64,000 bases of DNA, from NCBI GenBank assembly GCA_022813865.1, contig JALDZX010000050.1, forward strand, positions 1 through 64,000, given 5' to 3'. The notes under the pieces are model-generated. The model ran no database searches. It saw nothing but the letters and a program-made list of their open reading frames with translations, and was not told the origin of the DNA. Positions within the stretch are counted from its first letter, which is position 1, and every line of letters begins with the position of its first letter. The position numbers were made by a program, and so were the translations under genes. This document shows, piece by piece, positions 49,841 through 61,934 of this stretch. This DNA comes from Xylographa opegraphella (taxonomy: Eukaryota).

Positions 49841-52800
49841 GACGAGCGAGGACTACTGGAGTACAGTGCAGACTTGAATTAGGTAGTACTAGAGTTCACG
49901 GAGATGTCTTCCTTCGAATTGTTTCCAACGAATGTATGCAGGTAGCCTGAAAGAAAACGAAGCGGTGGAACAATATTTATCGATACTAGCATTAAAACCC
50001 ATCGTCCAACGCGTCCTACTACGACCTGAGGGAGAGGGCAACGCGATCAACACTCTTTGCGGTAGTTCACCGCTTGGTGGGCCGGAACGTTCCACCCAGG
50101 CGTTTGGACGTTGCGCCGCGAGGATGGAAAGTGCCGGCGGCGGGGGTCCGATAGCAGGTGTGGCGGGCAGCGGGCAGCAGGGAGACCAAAGGGCAGGCGA
50201 GTGCGCAGAGGAAATGCAGAAGACGTTCTTACATAGCAGCAGGCGATGGCTTGGATGCTTCAGCAACGGTGGTGGTGGTCGGGGGTGGTGAAGACGTTGA
50301 AATCGGCGTAATTCACATGTTCCGTTCCTGAGGAGTGCTGGGAGTCTGGACAAAGCACGGAACAGTGGTCGACGGCGGGCGGGAGGCAGCAGGCGCCACA
50401 AGTGTGCAGTCTAGCTGTAAGCCGTTTCTTTTTCCAACCAGTTGCGTGGGTCGATTCAATGCTTGAACGGGCATGAGGTTTATGAAAGCGTCCGCTCTGC
50501 GTTCAGCAAGCTGGAGTGGAGAGCCTTGCCAATGGCAATGGCAACAGCGATGCGACGTCGAAGAAGGACGGCTTGCCGCTATTTACTCCGTACCACGGCC
50601 ACGATTGTCGTCTGGGTGTGGGGTGGTGTGGATCTTCGTCTCCACCAGCAGTCTACAGTTAATTGACCAGCGCCGACGCCGTTGATCACCCGCGGAACGT
50701 GTGCTCTTGCTCCCTATGAGGACGACGACAGATCTTGCCAAGTTGGAGACGCCGCAGCAGATCGGCCTGCACCCTGCATCCGGCCCCAATCCTTCCCCAT
50801 GATTGCTTGTCTTTCTGAAGCGCCATTCCGACGAATAACGGTCGGAAAACAAGCTCCGGACGTCGCCTCGGCATAAGATTGCCGTCCTTCAGATGGTGGT
50901 GTTTCACCTTTCGTCGTCCGGCGATCATCAGGGGGCTGCAATGGGCGTATCCCCTCCTCGTCTCCGTGCGTACATAGTAGATCGTTGCTGTGGCTGGACA
51001 TGTTCATGACAGCTGGATGCCACATTCGAGCCCGTCTCCAGCGGACGAACCGTAAAATGTTGCTGGTGGGATTCGGCGTTCCAAGCGGCCCCATCGCACA
51101 CGGCAGCAGGTGTAGCGTATTCCTCTACGCGGCCCAATGAGGTCGCCGGCCTTATTTGTGACCGCCTCCGAGGCTTCAAGCTCTGCGCCGGCACCGAACT
51201 TCCCAAACCAGAGAACTCCTGATATTCGACCGCTTCACCTCCGTCCACCGTCCTCGGCCTCTGTTGTTTCATGCCATCGCGTCTGCTACGTAGTACACAC
51301 GGGTGACTGCATGTCTTCATGGTGTGGGGGGAGAATTGCCTGCACTTCGCCACGTCGGACAATTGAACAGCTTCAGCCTCGAATCATGCACCAGCTTCCA
51401 TCTTGACGTCCACGACGGCCACATAGAAGTCAATGTGACCGGTACCTATCACCTGGCATGTCTGCAATCAGAGCCTCTTATACCGAGATGAGTCGCCGAA
51501 TCCTGGCGGAGATGGACGACAAGGGGGGAACAAGAGCCGGATGGACTTCGGCCTTCCGGCTACACCACAGCGGTGGCGATCTCGTCGTCCCGGCCTCGAG
51601 ACTCCCATATGCAGTCATGCGGCGAATAAATCCGTCATGCATCACTCGCTGCCGTGCATGACACCACATCAGCCCTCTGGATTTGTCCACTGCCATGGCC
51701 AGGGTATTGCCATCCCGAGGTGGCCGACTGGCTGCGCTTCCGTCTGTTTCACATGTGACGATATAAGAAATCACCTCTGCCAATGCACGATGCTATACGT
51801 GGTCTAGGAAGCTGTATCCATATCAGACAAGGATTTTGAACGAGCTGGGTTGTTGTACTTGCAACTACTCCTTCATCTTTGCTTCCTCCCTACTCTGGCA
51901 TCATAATCTAGTCTAAAAAATAAGAGTATAGAGCTTCTATGTACAATAGAAGTGCCATCATTTATATTCCATGAGCCTGGCTAACATGGCAGAGGCAAGT
52001 CAGGGCAACGGACCACACCTGTTACAAGTAGTACTCATTGTCATTCTTATATTCGGGCGTGGATGGCGTAGGTCGTATTGTACCAGCTATATATGTTGCC
52101 ATGCTGATCGGGCTCGTCTTGAAACGATATTGGAGAGTTGATGTACTGTTCTCATGAACTAACGTTCAGGTTATGACAATAGATCATATGCGCTGCGTAC
52201 CCAAAGACTAGACTTCTGTACTGTCCAACCGTCTTTTCCAATAGGAAAAACCGCGTCGCATAATACCTACAGTCAGCGTCCATGGCGCCTCGATGCTGAT
52301 ACTGAGGGCCTGACAATTCCAAACTTCCATACTTGCATTAGCTGTGTGATAAAGCATGAAAGTCTCTTCTCCCTATACGATTACGATAACACCTGGGAAT
52401 CCTGAGGACGCGCCACAGCTGCCGCAAACATTACCTGAGTGGCCACGGAGTAATTTGTGCCCGACTATCATGTCTGGAGACGTTCAACAAGAATATTCAC
52501 TCTCAAAAACACAATGACATGTGGCCGGTATCCGTGTAGGCTCCATCTACAAGGATCTATAGTGACTTTCCCCGAAGACAACGAAACACGCCGAGAACGA
52601 TTCTAGTGTGCAAATATGATGAATGACAGCGCTTTTCCCGTCCTCTTGGCTCGGATGTCCTCCCGAAGAGATTTCAGAGTAAGACCAATATCAGTAAGAG
52701 CTCAGATATGCCACATACAGAGCTGCCGAGTGAAAATCGAGGCTGATTCGCTCTTGGGCTTGCCTTGAGAGCCGCTTGGGATGTTCCGCACGCCACCAGT

Positions 52801-53353
52801 CAGTCGGCGGAGTGATATTTCTTTCACAGCAGGGGAAGTTCATCGCTTGTAGCAGACAGTCATGTGGAGGTAACAGCCTATGCTTTGCCGGCCGGCTTGA
52901 TTTATCTACTTCATGATTATGCTCTACTGTTCGGTTCAACTCTATATCCAGCTGCACAGTGTCGATCATCTCTGGAAATCCGAGTTGAGGGACTACTGAA
53001 ATTGAAACCTGCTTCTGAAGAGCGTCCAGCATTCATATTGAAGTGATTCCCTAGGCGCTCGTGGTACCATGGGTGAATATTGGAAATCGTACCACATGAG
53101 CATCCTTTGGGCCACAGTGATGCTGGGAAGTATGAGCGCAGTACTTTCTGCATGTGGCTATAAGTATGAGCTTTTCTACATCTCTGTTCTCGCATATGCT
53201 TTCAGTGTCTTCCACTAAATTAAATATCTCCACCAATTTTGACGTCCATGATACCACACTGCTATCACCGTCGTATTATTGTCTCAATACATCATTTATA
53301 TAAATTTACATCTCACGCAACAGAGCTTTCTAGGATCATAAAAGACGATCATC

Positions 53354-54394
53354 ATGCAGCATCCTAACATATCAATTCAAGATCCCAATCAACCCAAACA
53401 ATTCAAGCAGTGGAGGGAAACACTTCCTTTTCCGAATGTCTACTATAGCTTGCACTTTGAGAAATTGATGAGATATGAAGGTCAATGTATGTCTTTCCCT
53501 CCCGTGCAGCCGTGCTATGCTGCACGCCTACCTGCATGCCTCAACTGTTATAGCGGTAATCAACCCAGGCCCCATGCAGCGCCAATGTGCTATCTGGGAC
53601 TTTTCGAGCAGGAGGGTACTAAGAATACCCTCAACTGGGTTGCCAGCTTTCCCGGCACCGATGGTGACTTCCAGCAAAGATTTACGCGTGAGCTCAATCG
53701 CGGACATTTCAGCGCAATTGGTGAAGATGCTGCCGGGGACTATGACAGAAAACGATTCTTCAATGGTCTACCTGTTGCACATTGTACTTGTGAAAAGTGC
53801 ATCGCTTGGTTCGACGATTATACCCTCGTGTACAGTGTGCACGACCAAAAACTGATGATTGTGGGATCTGATGTGCCAGTCGGTCAGTTCGTCCAGGACT
53901 CTTGATTTGCTCCCACGAGTTCCACTCACATGCTCGCACTATACTCCGAATCCTGACATTTTGATACTGCAGACACCCAAAATCTGAAATACACTAAATG
54001 CCGAATGAAAGATACGAGACTTGGTGACGACGTCGAGTTAGTCTGGAAAAGATCGGTTGTTAATCCTGCCCATCCACTTGGAAGAAGGACAGAAGCGCCG
54101 GGTCGTACATACATTGAGGGTCCGGACTTTGAGGCGGTGGGCGAATATGTTGCATGGGTTTGGCGGGAGAAAAGGGTCGACTGCATCTATGTTGAGCAAC
54201 ATTACCCATGTTTTGATTGTGATAATACTGCCATAGTCGAGGGCAAGAAAGATTGGAGAGATGATAAGCGAGTGTTTCTCTGCTGCGGCTTGGCACTGTT
54301 GGCTGCGATGGTGGAGCTCTGCATGTCAGTTGGGTCGCGATTTCATTTTTTGATGTCTGCGTGCGTGCGTGCGTGCGTGTGTGCGTGCTGGTGA
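53354..54394 (+). CDS. Hypothetical protein with two tandem copies of an unrecognised domain (intron 53883-53972; probable in-frame intron 53487-53579)
   Basis: TATATAAA near 53297. A GTCAGT..CCTGAC..TGCAG intron joins the 53354 and 54005 ORFs in frame. Internal repeat F-x-A-(I/V)-GE-x-(A/V)A..KR..CxxC. Confidence 0.7.
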
Positions 54395-54816
54395 GGTTAT
54401 TATCGAGTCTTAGAGTGTAAGGCTACTGCTGGTGAAGTCCTCGATTTGGGTGTGGCGGATTTTCCTTTCGGAATTACTTGATTCCCTGTATGCATGTTGC
54501 AATATTGTTTGATTAGAATGTATCAATTCCAGAAGCCACATTCCCTATAGAGCTTCACGGCTGAGTTCACACATCTGGCAGTGTCGTGAAGAGCAAGCTC
54601 CCCGCATTCTGTAGCTATAAAGATGGAATTCCCCTCGAAGTTTCTTTGTAGCTTACAGCCACATATTTTCTTTGTACGTTCAGCTACTTTTCGAACACTG
54701 ATCATATCAACTCCACATCTTCCATCGTCTTAATACCACCTGCTACACTGAAGTCTCCAACTATATCCAAGTCTATCCATTCATACCCACCCTTACATCA
54801 ACCGTCCTCAACCATC

Positions 54817-55334
54817 ATGTCTTCAGCCTCGACACCGAAAGAGTCCCTCAACTACCAACTTATCTACAACGAACACACAAAGAAATTGGAAATGAACCCA
54901 ACATCAAACGGTCAGTCTCTCCACACACCCGCATTCATCATCACCCCTAACCTCAAGAGCTCCCTTCCCCCATCCTATAATCTTGCCCTAACAATGCTTC
55001 AAACACTGCGTCAGCGCAGCTCGAATACACCTCAGCCTGTATCGGCGGACCAGATCTTTCCGGCACCATCGGCATCTGGTGGAGCAAAACCGTGCCAGAG
55101 GCCGACTGCCCAAACGCAGCCGAGGTGGTGAAGAAGCACCTCGTCCAATGCAGTGAGCACCTCGATTTCTCCAGTTTCGCACAGCTTGGCGCACAGGTCG
55201 CACTGGATATTCAATGCAGGAGGCTCGGTTCTGTTTACGTGAAGGCGTGTGGTTGCGATGCATGTAATCAGAATGCGAGGGAGACTGGATTGTTGCTCCC
55301 TACGGGGCGTTCGTGGGCCGATCGGCCTCGTTAG
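54817..55334 (+). CDS. Hypothetical single-domain paralog (intron 54911-55014)
   Basis: TATAAA near 54616. A GTCAGT..CCTAAC..TCAG intron gives NYQLIYNEHTKKLEMNPTSN/AQLEYTSAC..FAQLGAQVALDIQCRRLGSVYVKACGCDAC. Confidence 0.7.
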
Positions 55335-56441
55335 GTTGGGGCGTTCGTTGCGCTGCGGACGATTGTTGGCGTCGAGTTGGGAGCTGGGAGTTCATTGAGC
55401 GTGCGTGCGTACGAGTGAGCTTCGTTACTTTTGTGCTTGGGCCTTGCTTTGAAGTGCTTTTGAGGGTTGAGGGATTGAGCCATGGTTCGGTGGGATTTGT
55501 TGGTTTGCGTGTGTATCTTGATACACTATTTTTCTTGAAGACTTGTAGTCATAGGTGAAACTCACTGGGATTTGGGCTTGCAATTACTTCACAGATCTGG
55601 ATTTCTGGGTCTCTGTAGAGGGAAGAGTTTTGGATGAAGGTTCTGTGAGGTTGGATGCTTGGCATATGACGCTCGCTTAGGGTAGATTCTGAGGTAAGGT
55701 AGTCCTAGATATTTAACTAGATCTCGGTTTAGGGTCAATCTCAGACCCTATGAATAGATTATGTCTGACCTCAATAAGTTGGTTGGTTGATCTGGTTTTC
55801 ATCTATTTGTCGTGCTACACCGTTCCTTGACAACTGGTCAACTTACCCGAATCACGCTGTGAGGTGACCTCGAAGACCGCTTCACAGTCGTTGGGGCTTA
55901 GTGCGCCACGCCTGAGGGACTGAGGCAATTTCACCGCTCTGATTCTTCGAATCTCTACCAATCGAGGAGTCTTAATAAAGGTCCCGCGTGGTTAATGAGT
56001 TTTCAATCTTTCATGCCTCTGTCGTGTTACACTGCCTTCCTGATGATTTGTATTCATATCGAAAGTCGTGGTGTGCGGTGGCCTTCACAAATACCACGCA
56101 GAACTTTGGGAGACGGTTTTCTGAGATTCATTGGATATCACGTATCTATGATGTTACACTGTTCTTCCGTTAGCTTATGTTCATTGTCGGATCTCATTGT
56201 GAGGCAGGCTTTACAGTTACTGTCAAGAGCTGTTGATGCCGTGAAGCGCACCAGACTTGTCGTGCTGTGGGTATAAAGATGGGCTCTTCCCCAGCTGTGT
56301 CTCTGCAGCTTCAACTACCTTCCATACTCATATCAAGCTGTCCTACTAATTACGACCTATCTCACTTCTACAGAAGAATTGGTCTACTGCTACCACACCT
56401 ATCTATCATACCTGCTCGTACACATCTTCAGTCCATCCATC

Positions 56442-56872
56442 ATGTCCTTGGCAGCCCCGAGCAACGTAGAATCAGTCGATTATATTCTTTGCTATAATCC
56501 AATCACGCGTTTGCTCTGGTGGGACGATGGAACAGCAGAAAGTGAGCTGTTCCTGGATTCGCACGACCCCCGATAGTCACTGGCTCGCAAATGTGCCGAT
56601 ATGTAACCCGTACTAACCAATGATGCACAGAGCTCGCTGCGTACGAACAAGATAGATCATGGGTCAAAATCAAAGTCGATTCCAGTTCCTGCGATTCACT
56701 AAAGCTTGAGTGGAAAGTGTATGGGCCACTTAATGGGTATAGACAAAGCGAAGCTTGGCTTCACAAGGAGACGTTCGAACGCGCGGGAAAGGTAATTGCA
56801 GAGGATAGTGCCTTGGGAAAAATCAAGGAGGTCTGGGTGCTGCTCAACCCTTGGGGGCCACCTCAGCGCTAG
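56442..56872 (+). CDS. Hypothetical single-domain paralog lacking the terminal CxxC (intron 56542-56630)
   Basis: TATAAA near 56272. A GTGAGC..ACTAAC..CAG intron gives DYILCYNPITRLLWWDDGTAE/KLAAY..LKLEWK..TFERAGKVIAEDSALGKIKEVWV. Confidence 0.65.
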
Positions 56873-58217
56873 AAATAGCACGAAGAGTCCCCGTAACAGG
56901 GCCACTCGTACCCTTTTTCTACCGACAGGATCAGATCTCAGGTTGTGTACTTGCGGGTGGGGGATCAGGCCTTCCTTATGGTCCTTCCTGCTGAGATTGG
57001 CTTGCGGAGATTTTGGGAAGCCCTGATGGTAGAGCGTTGTGTACGATATCTGAGCCTGTATTCTATTATGCGTGCATGCTGGCTTGTGGTTTTCCTGTAC
57101 CAAACTCTACGAGCTGGGTACGAGGTTGGGTCACGATTGTATTTGATTATTGATATTCATGTATGCAAGCTGTTTCACTTTGCAGGGGAACTATCACTAT
57201 GAGCACAAGGGAGCCAGAAGGGAGGGCGGCACATTTGGTAGTCGAATCTAAGCATTGATCCACTATGCTACTACTTTGGTGAAGTAAGAGTAGTCTAACC
57301 TATGATCTTGGCTCTATATAGGGTTGTCTTTCCTGAGATCTTCTGGTAGATAGAACAATCTTTTTGCTCCGCTGATGACGGACTCGTACCATTTTCCTGC
57401 TAGCGATCCTTGCACGACTTCCTGGCACTCTATCTTGACATGACTTTTCTACTACAGAACCCTGCTACTATAATGCCTCTTCACGAGCTCTTGCCACACT
57501 CATCCCCAAGACAGCCCCACACAATCCCTCGTCGTTCTTGACCCCAACCAGTCCACCAGCCGTGACACCCATCAACTCTCCGTCCATACCCGAGTCCAGT
57601 ATCAACTTCGTGATATTAGCGCCGTCATGGGAGTCAAACTGATCACTTAGGCTACAGCATCGGCTGATCTGTGCATGAAATTGCTCAGTGAAAATAAAGA
57701 TACAGAGTTGGGAGGATGAAGGGGTGCTTCTTAGACGATAATCTCTATGCTATGTGAAATTGTGTTCTTGTGTCGATTGCCAGAAATACAGAATCCGGGC
57801 GGCTGAATGTTTGATAATCCGTCAATAGTAGTTCCGTGGATGGGTTAGTATCTGTGTGCGTGCGAGCTCGATGGATGTCTTCGCTTATGGCTTGGTATGC
57901 GAGCTTGTGATAGAGACTCTGGGCTTGGGTACCACTTGGTAATAGCTGATTGGTTTTCTGTATTCATGATGCTTTGGGCATTATTCTTGATAGTTGTTAG
58001 TATCACCAAGAACCATTCCATTTGCTGAGACGATTAATGACCATTATAATGCATACGCTTTAGACGGCACTATATTCATTGGCTAAGGATATCCTAGGAA
58101 GCCTACCCAGCAAAAGCGATTCATCACGGCATGCTTCATAGATCCTCCTATATATAACGCCCACAAGCCTCGCGTGTAGAGTTCTGACAATGGTAACACG
58201 AGCTGTTTCCCTAGCGA

Positions 58218-59406
58218 TCAATTTCCAGGACCCGGATCTCTGACTTCGTAAACCTATGCCAGCTCCTCAGTTAGCTTAATTATCGCACAGGCCGAATTTA
58301 GCATTCGCGTTGACATAGAAACAGTTTTCTACGCACCAGCTCTCTCCAGCCTCCACCTCCAAACATCGCCTTGCTCTCGCCCCGGTCTTCAAACCCAAAC
58401 TTCCCCATATACCAACCCACCAGCTCCGGATGCGCCAGCAGCGCTATCCGATCCGCTATACCGCTCGACTCCATCCGCTGCATGTACGCCTTCAGCAGCG
58501 TCTTGCCGAGCCCGAGATTTTGATGTGTAGGCAGGATGCAAACAGAGTGTATGGCAATAGTGCGGCCAAGAGGTCTGTGACCTGAAACTTCAGTGTCATG
58601 TGTATCAGGAGGCGGAGCAGTGGGTAGGTGGTCTGGATGCGAAGGGAGGCTTTGGGGGATCTCCATGCTGGCGTCCGTAACGGCCGGGGCGTCCGTGAGT
58701 GTGCCTATGACGTGGCCAAGAAGGACTGCCCGGTGAGAAGGCGTGCTACTATCTGGAGGGCGGGCCGCGTCAAAAGCAGCTTGCGTTGCTGGTGTGGGAA
58801 GAGTGGTGGTAGATGAGAAGAGGCCAAGAGAAAGGGTTGGGCAAGTGGTGAGGCGGTAGATGAACTTGTAGAATCAGTATGGATCAGGTTGTTCAACTGG
58901 CGGAAAGCAGGGGGATTTGCTGCCATCAAAGTACATTTACAGAACAAAACAGACATATGAACGAGGCATTTCCCGCCACAAGCAAGAAATAGAAGTGGAA
59001 TCATTCATACTATGCGAACAAACGATAAGATTACGCATGAAGGAAAACCGGCGCTGTGACAGTACAGCCTTCCTTGCAGCTGTTGAGTAAGTGAAACACA
59101 CACCTTTTCTCTGGAAGCTCGCTCGTGCTCTGGAAACGTGGCGGCCTCCAATGCTACACAAGCCTCCAAGTCGGATAACGACAATAGCTGAACATACGGA
59201 TGTAGTTTGATCTTCTCATCGCTACGCCTCAACGTATTCGACAGCTGCTGCTCTCTGTCGTCAGACTCATCTCGGACAATGGTGAACGCATTGCTAGGAA
59301 GCTGCTCTTCGTCCTGGGAGTTGATTGGTCGAGGGGTCTTGGCCTCCGGGCTCTCTGTCAAAGTAAGCTCCTGAGACTGGCGGTTGGGGAAAAGGTCTCG
59401 AGGCAT
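58218..59406 (-). CDS. GNAT-family acetyltransferase similar to polyamine N-acetyltransferase Paa1, 3 exons (introns 58865-59103, 58254-58336)
   Basis: LEAATFPEHERASREK/FIYRLTTCPTLSLGLF, GHRPLGRTIAIHSVCILPTHQNLGLG (acetyl-CoA motif) and FGGGGWREL. Confidence 0.88.
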
Positions 59407-60064
59407 CGCATTTGAGATGAATAATATTGCAGGTGTAAGGATATATAGATCATCCTGGAAAAGGGACTGTGGGTGGCTGAATCAGCATTCGAGGCGGACT
59501 GTTGAATTGATATAGCGCCGGCCGAAAGTGGCGTCATCCACGGAATGGATCAAATGTGTTCTTGCCAGCAGTAATGGATCGGTTTCGTCCACTGGGCCGG
59601 CTCGAGGTCTGGACTGGTGTGGTTGCTAGTTTTATAACGAGGTGTCGACTCGACATGCATTGCGCTGGGAGCCTACAGCTCGGTGTAGGCTGCATAAGTC
59701 ACTCTGCTAGCAACGTCATTTACTAATCACACTCTCTCGAGGCGGACAAGTTCACTGTTCGCCGCTCGTTATTTCGTACATAGCTATTGATGATTTCAAC
59801 TCAGTTGCCAAATATCGATACTTCAATCGCTTCTTCACCAACACTGCAGCCATCATCGGCATCTATTCGTGTAGGATAAGCCACGCACCACCGTCTGGAT
59901 CCGAAAGCTGAATTTCAGTATCCGTATTACTCGACCATAGTACTCTGTCGAGCTTTGAAGTTTGCAGGCTCATTCAGCGATACTCCTACGACAGAGACAA
60001 TCATTCTCGTCCCAGCTTACATTCCCCCCGGGATCACCATTCCCTTGACAGCCAGTTTCTCATT

Positions 60065-61377
60065 ATGTTTGTAACCCCGACCTTTCTCCGAGCGGATGAC
60101 TGACAAGATCCGCTTACAGGCGCGTCACCATACAAGTTCCACAAGGTCAAGAATCTGACCAAGACTTTTTCAATCTCGATGTAAGCCCCGACATGGCCTT
60201 AGCGGACCTCAAAGCCGCGATCACAGTCGACACCAACATCCCAGCAAACTTGCAAGTCCTCTTCTACAATACCCTTCCTCTTCCCGATTCCTCGAAGACT
60301 TTGAGAGAACTAGGCATTAGCGAAGGAGATTTCATCGTCATGCAAGTCCGAAGGATACAACCCGCTGGAGCGGGGCGGCAACGAGCCGCGCCATCAAGGG
60401 TACGAGACGACGCTGAGATCCTGCGGCTGCAGGCATTGGGCGATCCCCAAGTCATGGGACAGCTGAGGCAACACCGACCCGATCTTGCGGAGGCCGTAAG
60501 GAGCCCAGAGCAGTTCCGCGATGTGTGGGACAGGTTAAAAAGACAACAAGAAGCGGTTGAGGAAGAGAAGGAGAAGATGGTGGCAAAGCTGAACGCCGAT
60601 CCATTTGATGTGGAAGCACAGGCGAAGATTGAAGAAATGATAAGGGAGACCGCTGTAGCGGCAAACCTTACGGAAGCTATGGATCATACACCGGAAGCAT
60701 TCGGTCGGGTGCACATGCTATACATACCAGTGGAGGTCAACAACCGGAAAGTGAAAGCCTTCGTCGACTCCGGCGCCCAAGCAACAATCATGTCACCCGA
60801 TTGTGCCAGGGAATGCGGTATAATGCGTCTTCTCGACAAGCGCTTCGCGGGCATCGCTCGTGGAGTCGGAACCGCCAAGATCCTCGGCCGCGTCCACGCT
60901 GCGCAGATCAAAATCAGCAGCCTCTACCTCTCGTGCAGTTTCACCGTCATGGAGGGCAAGGACGTCGATCTGCTCCTCGGGCTGGACATGCTGAAACGCC
61001 ACCAGGCCTGTATCGACCTCCGGAAGAACGCGCTGGTGATCATGAACGAGGAAGTGCCTTTCCTTGGCGAAGCTGATATCCCCAAGGGTGAGATCCTCTT
61101 CGGAGACGAGCCGACGATCAAAGGCCCCGGAGGCATGCAAGTAGGTGGGCGGTCGGGCGCCATCATGCCGCCCGACACGGAGTTGGGGGTTGCTCAAGGT
61201 AAAGCCGCCGAGGGATCATCGTCCAAAGCCCCAGCTGCGCAACAGTCGACGAGCGCCTATCCGGCCGCTGACGTCGCGCAGCTGATGGATCTGGGTTTCT
61301 CGCAGGCAGAGGTCCTCGAAGCCCTGCAGATAGCGGGGGGTAACGTTGAAGTGGCGGCGGGCATTCTGTACCAGTAA
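60065..61377 (+). CDS. DDI1: DNA damage-inducible protein 1 (UBL, retroviral-type aspartyl protease, UBA); intron 60067-60119
   Basis: VHMLYIPVEVNNRKVKAFVDSGAQATIMS catalytic motif, LLLGLDMLKRHQACIDL and a C-terminal UBA (LMDLGFSQAE). The start position is inferred. Confidence 0.95.
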
Positions 61378-61934
61378 CCGTGTCGTGGTGGTTCTTGTTC
61401 GGGAGGTTTGCGCTACGGCATCTTTCTTGAAGTTGGGAAACCTCACTCGACGATGGAGGCCAGGCTGAATAGAACGATGGACTTCTTGTCGGCGAAGCTG
61501 AACCCTGTTTTTAACGTCACTTTTAAAAGGTGCCACAGGCACATCATGAGCAGCGGAGGTTGGTAATTTCGTGCTGCCAAATGCTTGGGAAATCATTCTT
61601 TACACGCTTTATACATCTGTAGAATTTGGATATGATATGTAATATAGGATGGCTGGATAGGCTACATCCTAGTGGGTTGCCATTTACGAAAAGAGCAGCA
61701 TCGTCGGGGGTACTTCAATTTGAACATGCATTACTTTTATTAGGAAAACTATCTCGAACCCGATCCGAATATACCAACGTCGCTATGTTGATCCTCGATC
61801 ATACGACAGCACGCTATGAAGTTATGTTGCTCTTCCCTCCCATTCTGGATGCCTTGCCATCACTGATTCATCAATTAAAATCAGTCATCAAGAATCGAGC
61901 CTCAGAAAATTATCGCTGGTACATTCAACATTGC

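Noticed and set aside
52691..53257. Two same-frame minus-strand ORFs separated by two stops, a possible pseudogene
   Set aside because: No recognisable motif, intron or paralog supports it.
54817..55334. Pseudogene call based on TAA 54978
   Set aside because: A distal acceptor at 55014 removes the stop and aligns better with the paralogs.
57310..57645. Possible fifth copy of the tandem domain (TATA-like box, PCYYNASSRAL)
   Set aside because: There is no in-frame ATG, no phase-1 intron and no block-2 motif.
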